Part shown: piece by piece, positions 24,362 to 36,620 of the stretch | How the letters are laid out: every line of letters begins with the position of its first letter | Numbering within the stretch: position 1 is the stretch's first letter | Source of the DNA: Hemiscyllium ocellatum | Lineage: Eukaryota | Assembly (NCBI RefSeq): GCF_020745735.1 | Contig: NC_083403.1 | Coordinates: 116,268,526 to 116,332,525, forward strand | Direction of reading: 5' to 3' | Length of the DNA: 64,000 nucleotides | Position numbers and translations under genes: made by a program | The notes under the pieces: model-generated | Database searches by the model: none | What the model was told of the DNA's origin: nothing | Seen by the model: only the letters and a program-made list of their open reading frames with translations

Positions 24362-25590
24362 GTCAGGGAGTAGGTCGTGTCTCATAAACCTTACTGAGTT
24401 CTTTGAGAAGGTGACCAAAGTGGTAGACGAGGGTAAAGCAGTTGATGTGGTGTATATGGATTTTAATAAGGTGTTTAATAAGGTTCCCCACAGTCAGCTA
24501 TTGCACAAAATATGGAAGCATGGGATTGAGGGTGATTTAGCAGCTTGGATCAGAAATTGGCTAGCTGAAGGAACACAGAGGGAGGTGGTTGATAGGAAAT
24601 ATTCATCCTGGAGTTCAGTTACTAATGGTGCACTGCAAGGATCTATTTTGGGTCCATTGTTGTTTGTCATTTTTATAAATGACCTGGATGAAGGCATGGA
24701 AGGATGTGTTAGTAAATTTGCAGATGATGCTAAGGTCGGTAGAGTTGTGGATAGTGACAAAGGATATTGTAGGTTATAGAGAGACATAGATAAGCTGCAG
24801 AGCTGGGCTGAGAGGTGGCAAATGGAGTTTAATGCGGAAAAATGATTTACTTTGGAAGGAGTAACAGGAATGCAGAGTACTGAGCAATGGTAAGATTTTT
24901 GGTAATGTAGATGTTGGTGTACAGGTACATAGATTCTTGAAAGTTGCCACCCAGATTGATAGGTTTATTAAGAAGGCATACAGTGTGTTTGCTGTTATTG
25001 GTAGAGGAACTGAGTTTTGGAACCATGAGATCAAGCTGCAGCTGTACAAAACTCTGGTGTGGCCACATTCGGAGTACTGCATACAGTTCTGGTCACCGCA
25101 TTATAGGTAAAATGTGGAAGCATTGGAAAGGATTCAGAGGAAATTTACTTGGATGTTACCTGGTATGGAGGGAAGGTCTTACGAGGAAAGACTGATGGAC
25201 TTGAGGCTGTTTTCATTAGTGAGAAGAAGGTTGAGAGGTGACTTAATTGAGACATATAAGATAATCAGAGGGTTAGATAGGTTGGACAGAGAGAGCCTTT
25301 TTCCACAGATGACGATGGCTAGCATGAGGGGACATAGCTTTAAATTGAGGAGTGATAGATATAGAACAGATGTCAGAGGTAGTTTTTTTACTCAGGGTGG
25401 TAGGGGCGTGGAATACACTGCCTGCAAGAGCAATAGACTTACCAACTTTAAGGGCATTTAAGTGGTCATTAGATAGGCATATGGACAAGAATGGAATAGT
25501 GTAGGTTAGATGGGCTTCAGATTGGTTCCACAGGTCAGCGCGACGTTGTGGGCAAAAGTACCTGTACTGCACTGTAGCATTCTATGTTCT
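24362..25590 (+). mobile_element. 5'-truncated CR1 LINE (RT to 3' UTR)
   Basis: RSCLINLTEFFEKVTKVVDEGKAVDVVYMDFNKVF, QGSILGPLLFVIFINDLD, KFADDAK, ERIQRKFTWMLPGM and RRLRGDLIETYKI; tail ctgtagcattctatgttct. Confidence 0.95.
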
Positions 25591-27679
25591 CGGTGTTCTC
25601 CTGTAAACCACATAGTTTTCAGCTAATTACATTATATGGCAAGGCTATACATGAAGCTGTCACCATCATCAGGACCTTTTGGGTTCAAAGACCTGGTACC
25701 ATATTTAAAGGCCACCTGGACATCCAATACAGGCCGTGTGATTGCCCTGGTTATCCCGAAAACCCCAGAAGTTGTCACTTACCAGCAGCAACTGACCCAC
25801 AGTTCATTAAAGGTTATGCTTCATGCTGTCCTAGAAAAGCATGAGGCCTTTCATCCTCAGGAATGGCCAGGCAGCCTGAATTGTGGGAGATGTTCTCATG
25901 TGCTGCAGAAGAGAATTAATAAACTCCTGCTGTTCAGCTGGGTAAGCAGCACTGTGTACTCACTGCAACCTAACATTCAGGCACGTCGTTCAGTTTAACT
26001 GTGCCAGTGTGGTGGACTGTCTCATAGGATGCTCACGTGCAAGTTTCTGGTGTTTTATATGCCACCAGGAACCTACGTTGAGAAGGAATGCTAGCCAGGC
26101 ATGCAGAGAGAATCATTCCAGAACATCCAAGAGGTGGCCAGCTGCTCAGCTTCCCATCACCTCCAGAAATCTGAGGAGGGTGCAGCTGAAACCTGTACAA
26201 GAGACGCTTAGGTCTGAAATGTCCAAAGGATATCCATTCAAAACCATAAGCACTGCAGTTAGGCTGCTTCACCTCAGCTGAGGAAGTCAGGGCCAAGCCT
26301 GGATGTTGTGGCAGACAATGAAAGAAGATGGCATTTTGAAGGCACAATGGTGTTTGCTCAGAGTAGTCGGCACTGCCTTTAGATGTGCTGTCATCTCATT
26401 ACCCCTGAGGGTTTCAACCATTGACCCACGACAAGGTGGGAAATGTACCAAGAAATTCTGAGGAAACAACTCCGCCATGTAGATTTCCAAGACTGCACCT
26501 GTTCAGAAGATGGGAAATCACTAGGTATGCAGCCTGCTTACTCATTCACTGGATCAGACATTCAGTCACAAGATGTGCAATGATTTAGACGTGTATCATC
26601 AGGATGACAAGAAACTGTGCATGCACAATAATTAGGAACACAACTCTTGAACTGGCCTGCCTGCCTAGATATGTTAGTATAGATTTTAAGGTGAACATTT
26701 TTAGAATTTTTTTGTTCGTTAAGCCACTTATCAATGTCTTAGAATAGATTCTAAGAAAAAATATATAAAAGTTTTATTAAGAGGTGAGTTCTCTGCTAAT
26801 TCAATGCATGAAACATCCGCACCCAAAATGAAAAGAAATAAGAAGTATTCAGAGACAATGTAATGAGAGCTATGTGGCTTTGGATTATCATGGACAGAAA
26901 ATGCCATTTGTCTTTTATGTGCATGCCTCATCTGCAGAGTGAAACTTGCAGATAGTTAAGTTGAGCAGGTTTTGAAGATGTGACTGCGCTTGCAGTTGAA
27001 GACTATGCAATTTCTCCAGTGGATTTGAGACATTAATGTTTTTGATCGATGTTCATCTCATTATATGCCCTGTGTTGCAAACCTCTTTGTTAAGGCTGTA
27101 AACATAGTAAATAGAGGTGAATGTGATGTTTATGAGCAATTAATTCCTCTGAGAAAAGTGGGTGCACCATGGAATTGTTCATTTCACTGAAGTATATCTT
27201 GATACTAATAAGATTGGTAACCACCACATTATGCTTCTAAATACTTACATGGCTGTCTGAAGTGAAAGAATAAAATGTCTTCCTTCATCAGAAGGTGATG
27301 CTGGCCTTCCATCAGCACCCTTTTGTTGCCTCCAGTTGTTTCTGTTACCTAAGGAAGGACTGTTTGGGATAATACCTAATGTTCACAAGATTGGTTTCAG
27401 GGACAATTGGCCTAGCCAGATGAAGTGAGAATAAGGAGAATGAGCCTGGGTTCAACAAATTGCAGAAAAGGCAGAAACATTGTCTGTGAGCAATGAAGAA
27501 ATGTGACTGAGCTCTGCAGGCTACCTACATCCAATCTGACTGTGTACAGAGCTACAGCAGAAATGAGGTCTGTTCAGTGAAGTCATTCTCATCATCGGAA
27601 AAGAATGTTGAGAATGAAATGTTGGGAGTTTGAGATTCTAGTTGATCATGTCTTGGCATTTCCACTTCTAATTCAAACT

Positions 27680-27985
27680 TCTGGTTCTGATTCAAGCCCC
27701 ACGCCAGATACTAGAGCACATACTCTAGGGTGACCCTTAAGATCTTATACTGTATTCAAAGAAAAGCAGAGAATTTCTTGATCTTCCCAACATTGACTTC
27801 TGAACTAATGCTTCAAATAAATGTCTGGTCATTTGTTTCAATATTACATACTTGTTTTGTGATTCTCTTGTGAACGAAGTTGGTTGCTCCATTACCTATA
27901 TTACAGTAGTTACAGTGAGTACTTTATTAGCTGTAAAGCACATTGAAATGCCCTGAGAATTTGAAAGAGATTATTTAACAAGGAT
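27680..27985 (+). mobile_element. DeuSINE-like SINE, old
   Basis: ttcaagccccacgccaga head, aaagaaaagcagagaatttc, tail cctatattacagtagttac..agctgtaaagcacattgaaatgccctgag. Confidence 0.6.
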
Positions 27986-28099
27986 GTTCTTGAAGTTTCA
28001 TGTATTAAGTCAATATAATTTATACAACTGTTGGATTTACCTTTTATGGGGGGCAGTAAACCAACTAATTATTTCTCTTTTCCTTTCCCCGTATTCTAG

Positions 28100-28152
28100 A
28101 TTGTATTACCCAACATGAGCTCTGCTCCATTGACAACTACAGAATCGAATAG
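28100..28152 (+). CDS. MCPH1: Microcephalin terminal coding exon
   Basis: Branch-like CTAAT (28065-28069), pyrimidine tract, tctAG| acceptor. The phase-1 join G|AT gives DCITQHELCSIDNYRIE*, matching human DSITQHKVCAPENYLLSQ* as I recall it and completing the BRCT W..DC motif. Confidence 0.93.
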
Positions 28153-28419
28153 TTGAAAGCTCTGATGATAAATGTACTGTAGAAGATAAATCTACTTCAG
28201 TCATTAAATATATTGTGTTCCTTTCAAGAAAGCTTATACATAAGAACAATAGGTCACATTTTATAAGTAAATGTCTACTTGACAATTTTTGTTTACTAAT
28301 GGTGTGCTGTATAAAGGGAACCACCTGTAAACTGAGGCATCCTCAATCTTTTTGAATCATTGAGTGTAGTGTGATTTTAAAGTGCTTGAATATGTTTTAT
28401 GGACTGTTACATTTATTTT

Positions 28420-28470
28420 AATAAAGTTGTTATAAAAATAGTCCCTGTTGTTAACTTTGTCTCTTATTTT
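28420..28470 (+). terminator. Probable MCPH1 polyadenylation signal
   Basis: AATAAA at 28420-28425 preceded by U-rich sequence and followed by a GU/U-rich tract (gtccctgttgttaactttgtctcttatttt). Implies a ~290-nt 3' UTR. Another AATAAA lies at 28861. Confidence 0.65.
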
Positions 28471-29291
28471 GAAGAATACATGATTAACAATAGCTGGATG
28501 TGACAATTGATAATATCAGGAGATGAACAATCAATGTGTTAAACATCTAACATTTTTCTGCTACTGAATACTTATAGGTCATAAACACAAGTATGATGCA
28601 TACTAAAATCTTTGTCCTGCCAAATGGGATATACTCTCTTAAATGGAATACTTTATACATCAGAAAATGTTTGTTTATATCTAATATTGAATGGCTAAAT
28701 GAAGTATCAAAAACTAAAACTGTTATAGGAGTAGAATTCTTGAGATTTTTGACATATAATGCGCACACATCTGAAATGACAATCACATCATTGAGTGCTT
28801 ATGTTGCAGTTTATTCAACTCCTTCAACTCTAATTTGGCAAAAGATCATTTTGTACTGAAAATAAACAAGTAGCAATGACTATTCTACACAAAAAAAAGT
28901 TGCAGTTTTGGCATGAGATCATTGGCTATTACGTACAAATTATTGCAGCAAAAATTACACAAGACAGAATTATATGTATAATATAGTTCTAAGTAACTCA
29001 ATGCTATAGTATGCCAAAAATAGCAATGTTCAGACAGTGCTGACATCTTCAGACAAGGACCTCAGGAAATATTAATCTAGGTTTCTCATGGAGTTCTTCA
29101 CTCCTAGTCTAGAGTAGAAACTGTCTGTATTACTTTGTGGCAAGTCCAGAGGCTTGAAACAACTCCTCTCTCAGTGCATGGAGAAATTGAAAACAATTTC
29201 AAATATTCCTGTATCATCATTCCTTTTCCCCCATTTCCAGTTTTGTTGTGAACCTAGTTGTAGATATAGTACCTGAAATACATTCAGCACC

Positions 29292-29640
29292 TTAGAGATG
29301 TTCAGCATGGAAACAGACCCTTTGGTCCAACTCGTCCATGCCAACCAGATATCCTAACCTAATCTAGTCCCTGTTGCCAGCACCCAGCCCATATTCCTCC
29401 AATACCTTCCTATTCATATACCCATCCAGATGCCTTTTAAATGTTGCAGTTGTACCAGCCTCCACCACTTCCTCTGGCAGCTCATTCTGTACATGCACCA
29501 TTCTTCTGTGTAGAAAAAGTTGTCCCTTAAGTTTCTGTAATATCTTTCCCCTGTCACCTTAAACCTATGCCCTCTAGTTCTGGACTCCCCTAACCCAGGG
29601 AAAAGACCAATCCATGCCCTTCATGATTTTATAAACCTCT
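29292..29640 (-). mobile_element. CR1 3' end
   Basis: Same family as 1-866 (cagcatggaaacagaccctttggtccaactcgtccatgcc...). Confidence 0.85.
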
Positions 29641-30849
29641 CTTCTTGGTAATTTCTTCCCATTGATATACTGGAGCACCACAAACTTGTCAAGAGTCTCC
29701 TGTTAAAATTTCATCCAATCACCATTATTCACCCACAAACCATAAGGATATATTGATTATTTGAATACCTCGGAAATCAAAGCCAAGACCAACTGGACCC
29801 TTATCACCTATATTCCATACACAGAAATTACGACACAAAACTAGGTTCTGTAACCCAGTCCATCCTTGTCAGTGTTTACTGTCCACTTGAACAGCACTCC
29901 ATGACACATGCCAGTTCTGTGTCTTTCCAGAGGTGGTTACTGGTTACATTACTCTGCACACCAAGAAAACAGTGAAAGCAATGTACCATTAGCAAGCTAC
30001 CTCAGCATAGACCTGTTGTATGCAGACGAGCTATTCACTGAATTAGTGGCAAAACATCACTAATGACATCTCCACATTTTGTACTCAATCTTCTTCCTGC
30101 AGTTTTCATTAAAACAAACAATCCAATAAAATCAAGCTTCAAGAGGGAGCCATATTTGGGGCAGCAAACAGTAAATCTTGAAATTGTCTTTGATATTCTA
30201 TGATACCAGCAAAGGGGTATCCAGAACCCAACTTAAAACCTTGCACACAAAGGCAAATCAATCATAACCATAAAAAAAGTTGTCCTTAATTATAAAATGC
30301 TCTCTAGGAGCTGCCTGTTTTTAGCTGGTACGTCATGAAGCATGTTATTGTGAATGACCCTTAGCTTAACAAATAACACAACACAGAAAATTAACAATTA
30401 GCTTCATTACCCTAAAATACAAATTTGACTGAGAGCCTCATAAAGAAAGGTGCTATTATTAAGTTATTCTTAAAATGACAAGTCTTATAGAAAATGGTTT
30501 GTTATTTGCTACTACAATTGTAAACTAGAATTTTGGACCTTTTCACACAAGTATAGAAACAATTAAATCATTGGCTACAAGGTTTACACCATTCTTTATA
30601 TTGCCTATTAATTACTTTCCTTAATACAATTGATAAAAAGAGGTTTCAGAGTATTCTCACTAAAAAAATCACAGTGTGAATCATCTCTTAAATTTTGCAT
30701 CACAATGCATGAGAACCCAAGAAATGACAATAATTGCTTTCACATTTTTTCTGCTTTACAAGGCAAGTGATGGAGTATTTTCATAGCTAGTTAAATAGAA
30801 AGACCAGCTGATGCTGATTTTCAAAATAGTAATAATTATTTAAAATAAT

Positions 30850-31050
30850 GGTTCTGAACCAGTTAATAGCAGATAATGCATTAAGCTCCACCCAATTTAA
30901 GAATGTCATACAAACTTGGGTGAGGTTAAGGAAGAACATCTTAGTATCCCATCGAGTGCAGGCCCATGTCCACAGGTCTCCATAAAAATGTCTAAGCAAC
31001 TAATGTAACTTGCACCTAATTGTTATTGTGCAGTAAGTTATGTCTTGTTA
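30850..31050. repeat. Unclassified ~200-bp interspersed repeat, copy 1
   Basis: Shares gcattaagctcc(a/g)cccaat, ccat(g/a)tccacaggtctc, aatgtctaa and ttgcacctaatt, in the same order, with 36413-36620. Confidence 0.75.
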
Positions 31051-33929
31051 AGACAAGCATCTTCTTGCTAAGACTCGAGTGATTGATCTATCCTGTACTA
31101 ATGTAAACCAATAAGATCCTTAGGTCCAATCAAGGAAAGAGGCAGCATACTTATACCTACATGGTAATCAGCAGAGAGCATCATTGCTTCCTACCACAAA
31201 GTACACAACAGTGAAAGTATCCATTGGATCCACAAGAAGAAATGTCTTGATGTCCAAGTGAATTTACAGCTTTAAAGATTTTACCACCACAGCTATTGCA
31301 TTTGTCTTTTCTGTGGAGCATCAAGCTAATTAATTATTGCTTTTTTCCTTTCCTATTTTAATCTCACAGTCAGCAGATGCAAGTTCCTGAACAAAAAAAG
31401 CAGTCAGCAGGAACTTGTGAGAAGATCACCAGGGGAGAAACTAATGTCTTTGCTTGTTCAGTGCTTTTAAACCATGGCTGAGGTAATGTGGATTAGAAAG
31501 AGTTTAAAGACTGCTCACATCATCCAGTTACAGATTCCATTGAGAAGCAAGGATCAGTCCTAGCATTTGAGGTTTGGCTCGGAAACCAGCAAATCTGACC
31601 TCTGTGAATATGGTTTAAAATCCCTATTGGAAATGGAGAAGCATTCAAATTAATTGTGCAGAAAAAATGGTAAGAAGTGAAAAAAGGGAATACTTATAAT
31701 TCATAAAAGGTGGAGCCACCAAAGTGGGCACCATGAGCTACAGCTACAGCATGGGAATCAGGGATCATAGAAGTACTTTATCCTGGGGTCACAACACTGG
31801 AAATGCTGCAAAGCAGAATGAAGGTGAAACAAAGGCAAAATTTTAAAAGTTAAAGCAGATGGAATCGAGCGGAAGATGACAGTAGAAAACCTTTGAGACC
31901 ATGATAAGAGTAAGAAATCTGTAAGTCAAACTGTCGTTCAAACAGGAAGAATTTATTGAGGAGGCAGACTTTGTTTGAAGTTATGACAAAGAATGGACAT
32001 TGTTTATTGTGCCATCAAAGGATAGGGAGGTCATCCATTTTGTCAGTGAAGAGGTGGAATAACCTTCAGTTTGCCTGCATGGGAGACCTCAATCTTTCAT
32101 CCCAAAAACAGGAAACATCCCATAAGCAATACAGATAAACAGCATTATGAATTCACAGAATTACAAACTTTTTAAAAGGAAAAGAATACAGTAATGCTAT
32201 TCAGCTCATTTTAATAATTTTAAGGTGGAGAAAGTAAAGCAGTGTCACCAGATACAGAAGTATAAGTCTTTAGAGTAAGAGATTTCAGCAGGATTGAGCT
32301 ACTGCAGAATTTAATAGCTTTCAAGGAGTTGGAATAAATAATCATATTAAGGTGACGTACAGGGAAATAGTACCATCTGCAAGTTTTAGTATCAGAGATC
32401 GGACATAGCGAATACAGGATTGGACTACTTGAAGAAAATATATCTTCAGATTTTTAACAAATAATTTAATCTGAAAACAAAGAAAAAATTTGAAGTGCAA
32501 GATTTAATGTAAGTGTTCAACATCTGGGGAGTTTTTAACTTTTCTATTTGTTCACAGGATGTAGGCATAGCTGGTTAGGCCAAATTTTTTTACCCATCCC
32601 TAATTGCCCAGAGGATAATTAAGACTCGGCCACATTGCTGTGAATCAGGAGTCACATGTAGGCCAAACCAGGCAGATTTCTTTCTGTTGTTGGCTTTAGT
32701 GAACTAGATGGTTTTTTTTCAATGATCGACTATTAGACTAGTTTCTTAAATCAAGGTTTTTATTCGATTGAAACTAGCTGCCATAGTGGGATTTGAACTC
32801 ATGTTCCTAGAAAGTGTTCAGAAAATTCCATGAGTTAGTGAAGAGCTCAAGAGGAACAAAACTATACCAAATCTACTTTGAAGCGAATCAGTGAACAATT
32901 GGTCAAGGCACAAACTCTTGGCTTTTAAACAATCAAGGAGCAATTAGTAGATGATTTTGTAGAGAGAAACACAAAGTTAACATTTTGACTCCATACAACT
33001 TCTTCAGAGCGTGACATACTGGACCTCAATTATTAACTCTGTTTCTCTCTACACAGATGATGCCAGACCTGCTGATTCCCAGCATTTGCAGTATGTTTGT
33101 TGGATTATTAAGATAGCCTATCTAATTGGGTTTCCTAAATTAATATGGTAGAAACTAAACAAAAGGAAAGTAATCCAAATACTTTTTACGTTGATAAAAA
33201 ATAGTCGTCTCATCCTGTCAAGAAGACAGAAATCTCCAAATAAGCAAGAGTGATGCGAATGTTTTTCATTCTCTTTCTCATTGAAGAACTATTTGATGAC
33301 AGGAACTCAACAAAATCTGTGAGCAGCAGCAGCAGCATATACTGGTAACAGGAATATGTAGTACAACCCACTTAAGCGCATTAAGAAACCTTTAACAGGT
33401 CATTCAGAAAGCAAAACAGTCTGCAAAACAAATTATTACAGCGGAATTGAATTTGATGCCAAAGGATGAGAGGAAACAAGTTTAAGAAAAATATTTCAGT
33501 TCTTCAAGTTCCAAAGCATAATTGTCAGTACCAGGAGCACCAACAATGCTGAGTAATCAGCAATCCTTCAGTCTAAGGATGGCAAAATATTTGAATTGTC
33601 AATAAAGGAACCACAGAGAGTGAACCAAGGTATCCAACCTCATCCACAAGTTGAGGTAAAATATCACAAACATACAAATCAGGGGCACGAGTAAATTGTT
33701 CAGACCTTCGAGCCTGGTCTGCCATTCAGTAAGAACATGGCTGATCTGACTGTGACCTCAAGTCCACATTTCTCTCCTACCTCGTAACTTATCACAAGAA
33801 TCTAGCTATCTCTGCCTGAAAAAAAACTCAATGAATCTGCTTCTATCAGCATTTCAGGAAGCATATTCCAACGATTCAAGACCCTCAGGGAAAAATAAAT
33901 CACCTTATCTCTGGTTTAAATGGGCAAAC

Positions 33930-34329
33930 CACCCAATACCTGGAGGAAGAACACCTCATCATCTGCCTTGTGACCCTCCAAACACATGGGATCAATGTAG
34001 ATTTCACCAGGTTCTCTATGTCCCCTCCCCCTACCTTATCCCAATTCCAACCTTCCAACTTGGCGCCACCCTCTTGAACAGTCCTACCTATCCATCTTCC
34101 TTCCCACCTATCACCTTCACCTACCTATCACTTTCCCAGCTACCTTCCCCCCCCGAGCCCCTCCCATTTATCTCTCAATCTCCTTGGCCCACAAGCCTCA
34201 TTCCTGATGAAGGACATATGCCCGAAACGTCGACTCTCCTGCTCCTTGGAAGCTGCCTGACCCACTGTGCTTTGCCAGCGCCACACTCTTTGATTCTGAT
34301 TTTCAGCATCTGCAGTCCTTACTTTCTCC
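33930..34329 (+). mobile_element. Penelope-like element 3' end (GIY-YIG C-terminus plus 3' UTR/pLTR)
   Basis: QYLEEEHLIICLVTLQTHGINVDFTRF resembles the PLE endonuclease C-terminus. It is followed by a pyrimidine-rich UTR, a hammerhead motif and the terminus cagcatctgcagtccttactttctcc. Confidence 0.85.
34198..34238 (+). ncRNA. Minimal type-I hammerhead ribozyme motif within the Penelope UTR
   Basis: CTGATGA (34204-34210), stem II aGGACatatGCCC (one mismatch), GAAA (34224-34227), then C-GTC triplet. Helix I pairing is poor, so activity is uncertain. Confidence 0.6.
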
Positions 34330-34443
34330 AACCTTGATTTTTAAACAGTGACTGTTCTACATTTTCTTGTAGGGGGAAAAAATTCTACCTGCATATGCTC
34401 TTGATTTTAGATGTTTTAATCAAGTCACCTCTTGCTTAAAAAA

Positions 34444-34593
34444 GAACTGCAGATGCTGGAAACCAGAAACAAAATCAGTAATTGCTAGGAAAACTCAGCA
34501 GATCAGGCAGCATCTGTGGAGAGAAAACAGAGTTAATGTTTTGGGTCCAGTGACCCTTCTTTCAGTTCTGAGTTTTTCTAGCAATTTCTGATT
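34444..34593. mobile_element. Penelope-derived fold-back remnant
   Basis: aactgcagatgctgg head; aaatcagtaattgctaggaaaactcag pairs with ctgagtttttctagcaatttctgattt. Confidence 0.7.
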
Positions 34594-34746
34594 TCATCTC
34601 TTCCGCATGTAGTTAGAAGCCTCAACTATTGAACCTCTCCTTATTAAAACAGCCTGCACATTCCAGCTATTAGTCCAGTAAACCTTCTCTGAATTGCCTC
34701 CAATGCATTTATATTTCCTTCCTGAAATAAGGTGACCAATATCTGT

Positions 34747-35027
34747 GGGTGGCACAGTGGTTAGCACTGCTGCCTCACAGCGCCAGAGACCAGGGTTCAA
34801 TTCCCGAGTTTGCACATTCTCCCCGTGTCTGCGTGGGTTTCCTCTGGGTGCTCTGGTTTCCTCCCACAGACATAAAGATGGGCAGGTCAGGTGAATTGGC
34901 CATGCTAAATTGCCCGTAGTGTTAGGTAAAGGAGTAAATGTAGGGGAATGGGTGGGTTGTGCTTTGACGGGTCGGTGTGGACTTGTTGGGCTGAAGGGCC
35001 TATTTCTACACTGTAAGTAATCTAGTC
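34747..35027 (+). mobile_element. HE1-type SINE, young subfamily
   Basis: A/B boxes, V-domain, tail ctgtaagtaatctagtcta. Confidence 0.9.
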
Positions 35028-35319
35028 TAATAATGTATAGAGAACTCAAGATGCAGTCTTACCAATATCCTTTATAACTGAAACACTTTCCATTATTGTA
35101 TTCACTTTGCTTAATGATAATTGATAACATCGTGTTAGCTTGCCTAATTATTTGCAATATCTACATACTAACATTTCGCAATTTATGCACAAGAACACCC
35201 AGATCCGTCTGCACCTCAGAGTTCTAAAATCTCTTACCTTTGAGGTAATTTTTTTATTCTTTATATCAAAATGGACAATTTCATATTACACTCTACTTGC
35301 CACATCTTTGTAGACTTTC

Positions 35320-36125
35320 TCATTCAATCATGGGATGTGGGCATCATTGGCTAGGCCAGCATTTATTTCCTCTACCTAGAGAAGACAGTGCTGAACTGCC
35401 TTCTCAAACTGATGCTGCCCTTAGGGTGTAGGGACATTCATAGTGCTATTAGGAAGAGAATTTCCAAGATTTTGAACCAGTTAGAGTGAAGAATGATAGA
35501 TATCATTCCAAGTCAAGATGGTTTGAGAGTTGGAGCGGGACTTGCAGATGGTGATGTTCCTATGCAGCTGCTGCCCTGATCTTTCTATATGATGTAGAGG
35601 TGTCAGTGTTGGACTGGGGTGGACCAAGTTAGAAGTCACATGACACCAGGTTATAGTCCAACCGGTTTATTTGAAACACAAGTTTTTGGAGTGCTGCTTC
35701 TTCATCAGATGAAGAAGGACCAGTTCTCCAAACGCTTGTGACTTCAAATAAATCTGTTGGTCTATAACCTGGTTTCATGTGAGTTCTGACCCACTCTTTC
35801 TAGTAAGTAGAGGTTTGGCATTTCAAAGGTTCTGTTGAAGGAGGCTTGGTGAGTTACTATGGTGCATCTTGCAGAAGTTACAGGTGGCTCTGTGGCAGTG
35901 GTGAATGTTGAATCTGGTGGATCAAGTGTTAATCAAGTGGACTGCTTTACCCTAGATGGTGTCAAACCTCTTAGGTAATGGTGGAGCTGCACTCATCCAG
36001 GCAAGTAGGGAGTATTCCATTGTGACTGTGGCATCGCAGATGGTGAATGGGCTTTGGGGAGTCAGGAAGTGAGCTAAACTCTGCAAAATTCCTAGCCTCT
36101 GACCTACTCTCGTAGCCACAGTCTT
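35320..36125 (-). mobile_element. Second CR1-clade family, 3' part, interrupted at 35590-35790
   Basis: Collinear with 16541-17110 (ttccaagtcaagatggt, gctgcactcatccaggcaagt, gggagtcagg..cctctgacctactc). Confidence 0.8.
35590..35790. mobile_element. Penelope-derived fold-back element, second family
   Basis: tcacatgacaccaggttatagtccaaccggtttatttgaaacacaag pairs with cttgtgacttcaaataaatctgttggtctataacctggtttcatgtga; centre ttcatcagatgaa. Confidence 0.75.
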
Positions 36126-36412
36126 TTTTAATTAATTCATGAGATGTGGGAATCACTGGATGGACCAGTATTTATTGTCAATCTCTAACTGTTCTTCAGA
36201 TTACTTTTCTGTTGGAATCTGTCCATTTTTTGGTCAACTTCTAATCCTGAAAAGAACATGATTTGGAAAAGTTGTGAAGTGTTCATGATTTCATGAAGTC
36301 ATGGAATTGACTGGCAGAGGTGGGAAGGTGAGGTTGTGGTAAATGCATATGTGTACTTAAATGAAAATATGAACAATGAAAAAAGAACCGCTTTGGTTTA
36401 TTTATTATGAAC

Positions 36413-36620
36413 TGGTTCCGAAAGGGTTAATGTTGGAGACTGCATTAAGCTCCGCCCAATCTGATGATGTAACTCAGGCTTGACGGGGATAAGGTACGAC
36501 ATCTTTGAATATGATTTAGTGAAGACCCATATCCACAGGTCTCTGCGTAGTCTTAGGGACAATGTCTAATAAATTAATGCAAGTTGCACCTAATTATTGT
36601 CATGTGATAAACTGAGCTTG
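36413..36620. repeat. Unclassified ~200-bp interspersed repeat, copy 2
   Basis: Direct-orientation homology with 30850-31050. Confidence 0.75.

Larger units (their letters stand above)
33672..35310 (-). mobile_element. Old CR1 3' part hosting three later insertions
   Basis: CR1 sequence is collinear across 33672-33929, 34330-34435, 34594-34746 and 35028-35310. Confidence 0.75.

Noticed and set aside
31350-32420. Possible CR1 ORF1/endonuclease remnant (MGDLNL motif)
   Set aside because: Plausible, but too decayed to delimit or support by eye.
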